32,000 nt of DNA from Isorropodon fossajaponicum endosymbiont JTNG4 (GTDB taxonomy: Bacteria; Pseudomonadota; Gammaproteobacteria; PS1; Pseudothioglobaceae), in assembly GCF_016592615.1 (NCBI RefSeq), contig NZ_AP013043.1, positions 1 through 32,000 of the forward strand, in the 5' to 3' direction. Shown here in pieces: positions 1-9,816 of this stretch. Position 1 is the first letter of the stretch. Every line of letters begins with the position of its first letter. The position numbers and the translations under genes were made by a program. The notes below the pieces were generated by a model. That model was not told the origin of the DNA and made no database searches. It was given only the letters and a program-made list of their open reading frames with translations.

Positions 1-39
1 TACTTTAGTATATCATTACTTAATTTTAATTTAGCTTTT

Positions 40-1341
40 ATGTCGCAAACTTGGTCACAATGTTTAAACACGCTTAGAGACAACATTCCCCTTTCTCAAT
101 ATAGTGTATGGATACAACCCTTAAAAGCACTTGAAAATAACAATACCTTGTCTTTATTAGCACCCAATTCACAAGTGCTTAACTACATTAATAAACACCT
201 TAAAGCGCAAATCAAAAATGCGGTTGCACAACACAACAAAAATCTAAAAATTTTTATCAGTATTGCATCCAATCAAAATTCACAAAATACCCAACAGCAC
301 ACCACCCCTTTATTTGAAGACTATACATTTGATAATTTAGTACTGGGCAATGCCAACCAAATGGCCTATGGCGCAACTAAGCAAATTGCTGAAAATATAA
401 AAACCTCGCCCTATAATCCTTTTATTATTTACGGCAGCTCTGGGCTTGGAAAAACACACTTGATGCAGGCGGCTGGACACTTAGCAAAAGAAAAAAATCC
501 AAATATTAAAATAATCTATGTGCCTTTGATGGACTTTGTTAGGAATATTACTTCTAGCCTGAGGCACAACACCATTGAAAATATTAAAACTTTTTACCAG
601 TCTGCTGATTTATTATTAGTCGATGATATCCATTTAATTGCAGGCAAAGAAAAATCTCAAGAAGAATTTTTTCATATTTTCAATTTTTTGTTTAGTGGCA
701 AAAAACAAATTATCTTCACCTGTGACCAGCCACCTAAAAACATTAAATCATTAGAAGACCGCCTAAAAACCCGATTTTCCCAAGGCTTAAACCTGCATTT
801 AACCCCGCCAGAACTAGAAATGCGCGCTGCTATTTTGCTTAAAAAATCACAAAATGAAAGAATTAACATCAACTTAACAGAGGACACCGCTTTGTTTATT
901 GCTGGTCATATTGCTTCTAATGTTAGAGACCTTGAGGGAGCACTTCTTAAGCTCAAAGCTTTTGTTGATTTTTCAAAAATAAATCATGATTTTATTTCTA
1001 AAGAAATTGTTGAAGCAGCCTTAGGTGATTTAATTAAACCTCAAATTAAAAATATCGATATTAACGATATACAAAAAGAAGTGGCTAAACATTACGCTTT
1101 AACCATCTCTGATTTAAGCTCAAAATCCCGTAAACAACATATGGTACTTGCCAGGCAAATGGCAATATTCATTTGCCATGAACTTAGCTCTCTTTCACTA
1201 AGTAAAATTGGAAAACATTTTGGAAATCGAGATCATTCCACGGTTTTACATGCAATTAAAAAAATCAAAGAAAAACACCTAGAAAGCATTGAAATAAAGA
1301 ATGATTACGAATTAATAAAATTAAAATTAGCCAATTTATAA
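40..1341 (+). CDS. dnaA: Chromosomal replication initiator protein DnaA
   Basis: 433-aa ORF. Walker A 'GSSGLGKTHL', Walker B 'LLLVDDIH', and C-terminal DNA-binding helix 'RDHSTVLHAIKKI'. Followed by the dnaN-recF-gyrB synteny. Confidence 0.97.
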   Translation: MSQTWSQCLNTLRDNIPLSQYSVWIQPLKALENNNTLSLLAPNSQVLNYINKHLKAQIKNAVAQHNKNLKIFISIASNQNSQNTQQHTTPLFEDYTFDNLVLGNANQMAYGATKQIAENIKTSPYNPFIIYGSSGLGKTHLMQAAGHLAKEKNPNIKIIYVPLMDFVRNITSSLRHNTIENIKTFYQSADLLLVDDIHLIAGKEKSQEEFFHIFNFLFSGKKQIIFTCDQPPKNIKSLEDRLKTRFSQGLNLHLTPPELEMRAAILLKKSQNERININLTEDTALFIAGHIASNVRDLEGALLKLKAFVDFSKINHDFISKEIVEAALGDLIKPQIKNIDINDIQKEVAKHYALTISDLSSKSRKQHMVLARQMAIFICHELSSLSLSKIGKHFGNRDHSTVLHAIKKIKEKHLESIEIKNDYELIKLKLANL

Positions 1342-1358
1342 ACATATATACAGCCAAC

Positions 1359-1459
1359 TTATCCAATCAACTGTGAACAACACCAACAACCTAAACACTT
1401 TACAAAATTTATGCACATATCCACATTTTTTTACATAAAATACTTAAATGTTATCAACA
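1359..1459. promoter_or_regulatory. Cluster of DnaA-box-like 9-mers in the dnaA-dnaN intergenic region
   Basis: One perfect TTATNCACA box, TTATGCACA (1409-1417), abuts ATATCCACA (1417-1425). Near-consensus boxes are TTATCCAAT (1359-1367), TGTGAACAA, which is the reverse complement of TTGTTCACA (1372-1380), and TTATCAACA (1451-1459). A very AT-rich tract follows at 1430-1550, containing AAAATAACCAT twice. Confidence 0.5.
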
Positions 1460-1555
1460 GACTAAAACTTTATTTTTTAAAGAAAAATAACCATTATTAA
1501 CATAAAATAACCATACTAATATTAATAATAACTTTTTAATAAAAGGATTTTTTGA

Positions 1556-2659
1556 ATGAACACACAACTCAGCGTTAAAGAACTACTTGAACCCTTGCAA
1601 ACAGTTATTAGTGTGGTTGAGAAAAAACAAACATTACCTATTCTTTCTCACGTCCTTATCCAACTTAAAGATAATTTACTAACTTTAGCCACAACAGATA
1701 TGGAAATTGAGATAAGAGTTTCTCAAGTTATAAAAACCCAAGAAGAAGTTTCTTTTACAATTTATGCAAAAGATTTAATTGATATTATCAAAAAATTATC
1801 AGAAGATACAATCATCGAATTTATCATTGAAAGTTCTAAAATTTATATCAAAGCTAATAAAAATTCATTTGAACTTAACACCTTTAATCATCAAGATTTC
1901 CCATCATTACCAAAAATAGAAAATAGTGATATCATTAAAATTAAACGACACGTTTTAAAAGATTTAATTGAAAATACTAGTTTTTCAATGGGTAACCAAG
2001 ACATTAGAGCTTACTTAAATGGTTTATATCTTGAAGTTGATAAAAATAGTATCATTGTTGTTGCAACTGATGGGCATCGACTTTCTATTGGCGAAGTAAA
2101 ACAAATCAATAACTTGCCCAATAAAAAAACAGTTATTTTGCCAAGAAAAGCAGTGCTTGAATTAACCAAGCTACTTAACAAAAATAGACATGAAGATATT
2201 AACATTCATTTATCAGATAATTATTTTTATCTTATTAGCGATAACACAACCATTATTAGTCGATTAATTGATGGTAATTTTCCTAATTATTTACAAGTAT
2301 TACCTACAGATTTTAACAATACTATTATTATTGACCGCCTAGCTTTTTTAAATTCACTACAACAAGCTTCAATTTTTGTTGAAGAACGAACTAAAGGGGT
2401 TAAATTAGTATTTAAAAACTCACAACTACATATTTTTTCACATTCTGAAAGAGGACAAGCTAAGACACAAATCAACACCAAAAATTTTGATAAAGAAATT
2501 GAAATTGCATTTAATATCCATTACTTAATTTCAATTTTAGAAAAATTACACACCAATGAGATTAATATGGTGATACCTGGTGGAGAAAATCAATCTTGTT
2601 TATTAAGTAGTATGAATGATGACATTTATCAATATATTGTTATGCCTATGCGCATTTAG
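1556..2659 (+). CDS. dnaN: DNA polymerase III beta sliding clamp
   Basis: 367-aa ORF with the typical length and position after dnaA. Motifs 'ATDGHRL' and C-terminal 'YIVMPMRI'. AGGA-type RBS at 1544-1547, upstream of the ATG at 1556. Confidence 0.95.
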   Translation: MNTQLSVKELLEPLQTVISVVEKKQTLPILSHVLIQLKDNLLTLATTDMEIEIRVSQVIKTQEEVSFTIYAKDLIDIIKKLSEDTIIEFIIESSKIYIKANKNSFELNTFNHQDFPSLPKIENSDIIKIKRHVLKDLIENTSFSMGNQDIRAYLNGLYLEVDKNSIIVVATDGHRLSIGEVKQINNLPNKKTVILPRKAVLELTKLLNKNRHEDINIHLSDNYFYLISDNTTIISRLIDGNFPNYLQVLPTDFNNTIIIDRLAFLNSLQQASIFVEERTKGVKLVFKNSQLHIFSHSERGQAKTQINTKNFDKEIEIAFNIHYLISILEKLHTNEINMVIPGGENQSCLLSSMNDDIYQYIVMPMRI

Positions 2660-2664
2660 TATTA

Positions 2665-3491
2665 TTGATTTTTATAACTATTATTAATAAACTGCTTATT
2701 AATCAGTTTCGCAATCTCAATAATCAATTCATCAACCCTGGTAAAAATATTAATTTATTTATTGCTGATAATGCACAAAGTAAAACTAATTTAATTGAAG
2801 CTATTTATTATTTGGGCCATAATCGATCCTTTAAAACCAAAGTTATTAAAGAGTTAATCAATGTAGATCATGATAATTTTCAGCTCAATACCATTACCGA
2901 CACACATAGAATTAAATTAGAAAAATACAGAAAAAAATCATCGTTAACATCAATCAACAACGATTGAAAAACACCAGTGAATTAGCACAAATACTACCCA
3001 TGCAAATTATGACACCTGACAAAGGGCTTTATTGTTAATGGCACACCAAAAACAAAAGATCCTATCTTGATTGTGGATGTTTTACGTGAAACTAACTGTT
3101 TCAAGTTATTTTAAAAATATTAATTTATTACTTTTAAGTAACAAAGTACAAGAGCTTGACTTTTAGTTTTTAGAAATTGCAAAAAAATCCACTCAAATGA
3201 AATATTACCCTTATGGTCCGAATTGTTTAACTCAGTTAAGACTTTTGACTATCAATTTAAATCAGGCTAACCCAAGTATTAACATTGGTTAAATCAGGTA
3301 CTAATCCAATTGTGCTTATTGATGACATGTCATCTGAATTAAATAAGGAAAAAATTAAAATAATATTACATTATTTAAATACCTTAAATGTGCAAACTTT
3401 TGTGACTAATATCCATCATAATTTACCTTTGATTAAGGATGATAGGACAAATATTTTTCATATTAACAAAGGCGTAATCACACCCTCATAA
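2665..3491 (+). pseudogene. recF: recF pseudogene (multiple frameshifts and stops, degenerate P-loop, shortened)
   Basis: The N-terminal fragment (2665-2967) matches RecF ('INQFRNL', 'LIEAIYYLGHNRSFKT'), but the P-loop reads 'ADNAQSKT' where GxNGxGKT is expected. The frame switches at the A7 run 2931-2937 to '..IIVNINQQRLKNTSELAQILPMQIMTPDKG'. Several further stops follow. The C-terminal fragment (3285-3491) retains 'PIVLIDDMSSELN' and 'QTFVTN'. The locus is about 830 nt, whereas a typical recF is about 1.1 kb. Confidence 0.82.
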
Positions 3492-3587
3492 TCTGATAAT
3501 AATTCTTGCTATATCCCTTTAAACATAACAGTATAAACCACAATCAAAACCATAAATAAATAGGATTTATCTGTTTGCATGGTATAA

Positions 3588-6020
<2,433 letters not shown>

Positions 6021-6039
6021 TAAAAATAAGGAGACAAGT

Positions 6040-6927
6040 ATGTCAAATAAACATCCAGTTATTGTAGTGACAGGCTCATCTGGCGCTGGAACAACCTTTG
6101 TTAAACGTGCTTTTGAGCATATTTTTAGAAAAGAAAGTATTAATCCTTTGATTGTTGAAGGGGATAGTTTTCACAAATATGATCGTACCTCAATGAAAGA
6201 AAATGTTAAAAAACAAGAGGATTTAGGCAACAATTTCTTTTCTCATTTTGGCCCTGACGCTAATTTATTTGACAAAATCGAACAAACTTTCAAAGATTAT
6301 GGCGAAACTGGCAAATGTAGTCGTCGTTATTATTTGCACTCTGAGGAAGAGGCTACTAAACACAGCCAATGTCTAAATACCGATTTAAACTCAGGCGAGT
6401 TTACCCCTTGGGAAAAAGTAGGTAGTGGTACAGATTTATTATTTTATGAAGGTTTGCATGGCACAGTAGTTACAGACGATGTAGACATGGCACAATATGG
6501 TGACTTAAAAATTGGCGTTGTGCCCAGTGTTAATCTTGAATGGATTCAAAAAATTCATCGTGATAATGCAGAAAGAGGTTATTCAGCAGAAGAAACAGTC
6601 GATACTATTTTGCGTAGAATGCCAGACTATATTAACTATATTACACCACAATTCTCACAAACAGATATTAATTTTCAACGCGTAGCAACGGTAGATACTT
6701 CCAACCCTTTTATTGCCCGAGATATTCCAACACCGGATGAAAGTTTTGTAGTGATTCGCTTTAATAATTTAGACAAAACACCCGTTGATTTTATGTACTT
6801 ATGTAGTATAATTAACGGTTCGTTTATGTCTAGGCGTAATACAATCGTTGTTCCAGGTGGAAAAATGAGCTTAGCAATGGAAATTATTCTTTATCCAATT
6901 ATTAAAAAAATGATTGAAAATAAGTAA
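6040..6927 (+). CDS. prk: Phosphoribulokinase
   Basis: 295-aa ORF with P-loop 'VTGSSGAGTT' and a bacterial PRK-like sequence throughout ('EGDSFHKYDR', 'LFYEGLHG'). AAGGAG RBS at 6028-6033. Confidence 0.9.
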   Translation: MSNKHPVIVVTGSSGAGTTFVKRAFEHIFRKESINPLIVEGDSFHKYDRTSMKENVKKQEDLGNNFFSHFGPDANLFDKIEQTFKDYGETGKCSRRYYLHSEEEATKHSQCLNTDLNSGEFTPWEKVGSGTDLLFYEGLHGTVVTDDVDMAQYGDLKIGVVPSVNLEWIQKIHRDNAERGYSAEETVDTILRRMPDYINYITPQFSQTDINFQRVATVDTSNPFIARDIPTPDESFVVIRFNNLDKTPVDFMYLCSIINGSFMSRRNTIVVPGGKMSLAMEIILYPIIKKMIENK

Positions 6928-6972
6928 GTTTTTCTTTTTAAGTAGATGCAAACAACAAGCATCCCTTTAAAG

Positions 6973-7013
6973 CCCAGTTTTAACCAGTAAATAAAAAACT
7001 GGTAAAAACTGGG
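6973..7013 (+). terminator. Long imperfect hairpin downstream of prk
   Basis: CCCAGTTTTAACCAGT (6973-6988) pairs with ACTGGTAAAAACTGGG (6998-7013). This is a 16-bp stem with one mismatch. There is no clear T-run after it. Confidence 0.4.
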
Positions 7014-7207
7014 GTATCATTAGTATTGCTGGCCCTACTACTGGCGGCACAAAAAATAAGCCTGTGAGTATGGTTTGTTTCGGTTTTTGTTTTCATAAAA
7101 AATGCACAACCACCACACAATACTTTGATGGTAATAGGCATGAGGTGGTTAAGCAGAGTGTTGCGTTTGTAGTTAGTGCTTTAGAAAAAACAACTGTCAA
7201 ACAATAA
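7013..7207 (+). pseudogene. C-terminal remnant of a CinA/PncC-type nicotinamide-nucleotide amidase gene
   Basis: The in-frame translation 'GIISIAGPTTGGTKNKPVSMVCFGFCF..YFDGNRHEVVKQSVAFVVSALEK' matches the conserved PncC C-terminus ('TGIAGPxGGxxxKPVGTVxxxx...FxGxRxxVRxxA'). Only about 64 codons remain, with no start codon. The reading frame opens at 6995, inside the hairpin. Confidence 0.6.
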
Positions 7208-7247
7208 ATTATAATATTGTTTTTAAATAAACAACAGGACAACCAAA

Positions 7248-7469
7248 ATGCACGCAATATCAGATCTAAAAAAACAACAAGTTGGATTTAGAATGCCTAC
7301 TTATTTATTGAATGAGGTTGATGAGGTTGTTAGTAAATATGAAATTAACCGTTCTGAGTTTCTAAACGAAGCCGCCAAAGACTACCTACAAGCAATTAAA
7401 AAACAAGAGGTTTATAGCCGTCTTGGCGAGGCATCTGTAATACCCCAAAAAACCACCATTCTAAAGTAG
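7248..7469 (+). CDS. Ribbon-helix-helix (CopG-like) protein, 3' end replaced by the IS3 inverted repeat
   Basis: 'VGFRMPTYLLNEVDEVVSKYEINRSEFLNEAAKDYL' has the beta-strand, helix, helix pattern of RHH antitoxins and repressors. The last 11 codons ('VIPQKTTILK*') are read out of the IS left end, which begins at 7436. Confidence 0.55.
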   Translation: MHAISDLKKQQVGFRMPTYLLNEVDEVVSKYEINRSEFLNEAAKDYLQAIKKQEVYSRLGEASVIPQKTTILK

Positions 7470-7502
7470 AAAATTCTATAATAAAAAATAAGGAGTTTTC
7501 AC

Positions 7503-7772
7503 ATGAAAAAATCAAGATATACAGAGTTATAAATAGTCAACATACTCAAACAAAACCAATCAGGCATATCTGTGGCTGATCTATGCCGTGAATACGCAAT
7601 GTCTCAAGCCACATTTTACAAATGGAGATCTAAATACGGTGATACAGATTTTGTCTCTATGGTTAAACGCTTAAAAGAGCTAGAATCAGAAAATGCTCAA
7701 TTCAAGCGTATGTATGCTGAGAGTGAGTTGAAACTGCAAATTACAAAGGATGCCTTAGCAAAAAAGTTCTAA
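7503..7772 (+). pseudogene. IS3-family orfA (HTH) with an in-frame TAA at codon 10
   Basis: Translation is 'MKKSRYTEL*IVNILKQNQSGISVADLCREYAMSQATFYKWRSKYG..'. AAGGAG RBS at 7490-7495. The nonsense codon is at 7530-7532. The slippery heptamer A_AAA_AAG is at 7760-7766. Confidence 0.8.
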
Positions 7773-7787
7773 AGCCATCCCAGTGGC

Positions 7788-8573
7788 GTGAGGATGGCTT
7801 TAAACATCAATGAACAAAATAAGAACACAAGTATCAAACTTATTTACGAAGTTTGTAGCATTAGTAAAAGCACTTATTATTATCAACCAAAACTCAGTGA
7901 TGACAATGCTTTAATTGCCGATTGTCTACTGCGCTTAACCGCAACGCACAAGCGTTGGGGTTTTAAACTGTGCTATTTATATCTACGTAATGTTAAAGAC
8001 TACAAATTTAACCATAAACGAGTGTATCGCATTTACCAAGAACTGGAGCTCAATCTAAGAATCAAGCCAAGAAGAAGAATCAAAAGAGATAAACCCGAAG
8101 CACTGAGTGTGCCAACAACTATTAACCAAACTTGGTCAATGGATTTTATGTCAGACTCACTCACTGATGGCAGGCACATTAGAACTTTTAATGTTGTCGA
8201 TGATTACAATCGGGAAGGCTTGAATATTGATGTGGACTTGTCCATGCCAGCAAGACGAGTTATTCAATCATTAGAACGTTTGATTCAGTGGCGTGGCAAG
8301 CCCAAGGCTATCAGATGTGATAATGGTCCTGAATACATTAGCCAAGCATTAAGAGACTGGGTACAAGCCTTAGGTATTGAGTTAATGTACATCCAACCAG
8401 GTAAGCCAACTCAAAATGCCTACATTGAGAGATTTAACCGTACAGTAAGACAAGAGTGTTTAGATCTGCATTTGTTTGATTCTGTTGAGCAAGCACAAGA
8501 TGCAACCACACAGTGGTTATGGGTTTATAATAACGAACGACCGCACTTTGCCCTAGGTGGCGTGATAAGATGA
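7788..8573 (+). CDS. IS3-family orfB (DDE integrase-core transposase), out of register with the frameshift site
   Basis: Motifs 'WSMDFM', 'NVVDDYNRE', 'DNGPEYIS', 'ERFNRTVRQE'. It lies in the same frame as orfA, not in the -1 frame. After slippage at 7760-7766 the -1 frame reads 'VLKPSQWREDGFKHQ*' and terminates. Confidence 0.8.
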   Translation: MRMALNINEQNKNTSIKLIYEVCSISKSTYYYQPKLSDDNALIADCLLRLTATHKRWGFKLCYLYLRNVKDYKFNHKRVYRIYQELELNLRIKPRRRIKRDKPEALSVPTTINQTWSMDFMSDSLTDGRHIRTFNVVDDYNREGLNIDVDLSMPARRVIQSLERLIQWRGKPKAIRCDNGPEYISQALRDWVQALGIELMYIQPGKPTQNAYIERFNRTVRQECLDLHLFDSVEQAQDATTQWLWVYNNERPHFALGGVIR

Positions 8574-8620
8574 CTAGCCTCTACTTTAGAGTTGTATGGA
8601 AAATTGGGGTATTACACTCC

Positions 8621-8748
8621 AAGTTACATAGTGCTGCTCAATCCTTACATGCAAATAATGTTCAGCAGATGATGGAATACAAAGAAGTTACATAGTGCTG
8701 CTCAATCCTTACATGCAAATAATGTTCAGCAGATGATGGAATACAAAG
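8621..8748. repeat. Perfect 64-bp tandem duplication (2 copies)
   Basis: Positions 8621-8684 and 8685-8748 are identical (AAGTTACATAGTGCTGCTCAATCCTTACATGCAAATAATGTTCAGCAGATGATGGAATACAAAG). The duplication starts 4 nt after the IS3 right end. Confidence 0.95.
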
Positions 8749-8937
8749 AACTGCATATGGACCATTCATCGCGGAACCATTGTAAACTTAGAATTTGTTA
8801 GCAAAATATCCAAAAACAAACAGGATAAATTGATGGTTCATCTAGATAATGACACTACATTATCAGTAAGTCGTAACCATATTAACTTATTTAAAAAAAA
8901 TGTAGCCTTGTATTGCTCAAGGGCTTTTTCTTGCTAA
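8737..8937 (+). pseudogene. C-terminal remnant of a LytTR-domain DNA-binding regulator
   Basis: 'WTIHRGTIVNLEFVSKISKNKQDKLMVHLDNDTTLSVSRNHINLFKK' matches the LytTR signature (F.RIHRS.IVN....I......L..G..L.VSR.Y). There is no start codon, and the frame is closed upstream by TGA at 8734. Confidence 0.65.
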
Positions 8938-9021
8938 ATTTAGCTGCTATATTATTTTATGCCTACCATTTATCAAACAAGTCACACAAAAATATTTGTG
9001 TACTGTTGTTTTTCAGACAAT

Positions 9022-9075
9022 AAAACCACCCAAAGGGTGGTTTTATTTAACCTTGCTGCTAGATTAATCTAGCAG
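9022..9075. terminator. Bidirectional rho-independent terminator plus an adjacent 20-bp perfect palindrome
   Basis: AAAACCACCC-AAA-GGGTGGTTTT (9022-9044) is flanked by A and T runs on both strands. The palindrome is CTGCTAGATTAATCTAGCAG (9056-9075). Both lie just downstream of the minus-strand gene that ends at 9089. Confidence 0.6.
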
Positions 9076-9088
9076 TCAATTAGGTGTC

Positions 9089-9622
9089 TTACTTAGCAAT
9101 CACTTGATCACGACTGTCAGCAGTTGCGTTAGCTTTAGCATAAGCATAACCTTTAGCATAAGCATCAGCTTGTGCTTTAGCGAATGCATCAGCTTGACCT
9201 TTGGCATAAGCGTCAGCAACACCTTTAGCGCTAGCATCAGCAGTACCTGCATATTTGCCATCGGCAGTTGCGCTAGAAACGTTCTTAGTCGTGTTCTTAT
9301 TATTATAATGGAAACCCCAATCAGAATCGTTGTTCATATCGTTGTTGTTTGAAAAAGGACCCCAGTTGTTAGCGCCGTTGAAAGGACCCATGTTAGAACC
9401 ACCATTCATTGGACCCCAGTTGTTACCACCTGAAAAAGGACCCCAGTTAGAACCACCATTCATTGGACCAAAGTTAGAACCACTATCAAATGGACCCCAG
9501 TTAGAAAGACCATTGCCAGTACCCCAGCCGTTGTTATTATTGCCATAACCGTTGTTGTTATTCCAAAATGCTGATGCAGATGTAGCAGCTACTAAAGTAG
9601 CAATTGCAATTATTTTTTTCAT
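9089..9622 (-). CDS. Secreted low-complexity repeat protein (Gly/Asn/Trp 'NWGPF' repeats plus Ala/Asp/Lys 'ADAYAKG' repeats), a possible sulfur-globule or envelope structural protein
   Basis: ATG at 9622, preceded by GGAG. Sec signal peptide 'MKKIIAIATLVAATSASA|F'. About six 9-aa repeats (NGGSNWGPF and variants), then about five 'A(D/K)AYAKG' repeats. The ORF-track start at 9634 is a TTG upstream of the better ATG. Confidence 0.8.
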   Translation of the reverse strand: MKKIIAIATLVAATSASAFWNNNNGYGNNNNGWGTGNGLSNWGPFDSGSNFGPMNGGSNWGPFSGGNNWGPMNGGSNMGPFNGANNWGPFSNNNDMNNDSDWGFHYNNKNTTKNVSSATADGKYAGTADASAKGVADAYAKGQADAFAKAQADAYAKGYAYAKANATADSRDQVIAK

Positions 9623-9706
9623 ATTAATCTCCAAATTAAAAAGTATTAACGCTCTTATTGTTAAGCGGGTTTTTAAGTAATCAGACTTTGTGGTCTTGAT
9701 GGGGGT

Positions 9707-9734
9707 ATTATATGGTAAATATATTATAAGTCAA
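9707..9734 (-). promoter_or_regulatory. Near-consensus sigma70 promoter for the repeat-protein gene
   Basis: On the minus strand it reads TTGACT (9734-9729), 16-nt spacer, TATAAT (9712-9707). It lies about 85 nt upstream of the ATG at 9622. Confidence 0.55.
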
Positions 9735-9816
9735 TGGTATTCTAATATATATTTTAGAAAGTGTCTAGCAAAGCTGATTCAACATAGGATTATCAGAATA
9801 ATTTAGCATTACTATA

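Larger units (their letters stand above)
7436..8616 (+). mobile_element. IS3-family insertion sequence (IS407-like), defective copy
   Basis: The element ends in imperfect inverted repeats of about 35 bp. The left one is TGTAATACCCCAAAAAACC..CTAAAGTAG (7436-). The right one is CTACTTTAG..TTGGGGTATTACA (ending at 8616). It has the TG...CA termini, an orfA/orfB organisation and a DDE transposase. Confidence 0.85.

Noticed and set aside
7005-7020. AAAACTGGGGTATCA resembles the IS3 right terminus AAAATTGGGGTATTACA, which suggests a solo inverted repeat next to the pncC remnant.
   Set aside because: The similarity covers only about 14 nt. Part of it is explained by the hairpin arm, and part by codons for the conserved 'GII' of PncC. 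This is insufficient to call an IS scar.
9110-9520. Tandem DNA periodicity (about 24 nt and about 27 nt) that could superficially suggest a repeat array or CRISPR.
   Set aside because: The repeats are contiguous, with no unique spacers. They are imperfect and lie entirely inside one ORF, where they encode peptide repeats. No cas genes are present.
9104-9548. Two plus-strand ORFs (9104-9352 and 9330-9548) that overlap the repeat-protein gene.
   Set aside because: They are antisense shadows of a low-complexity repetitive gene. Their products are Ser/Ile/Leu/Pro-rich nonsense with no start context. The minus-strand ORF has a signal peptide, an RBS, a promoter and a terminator.
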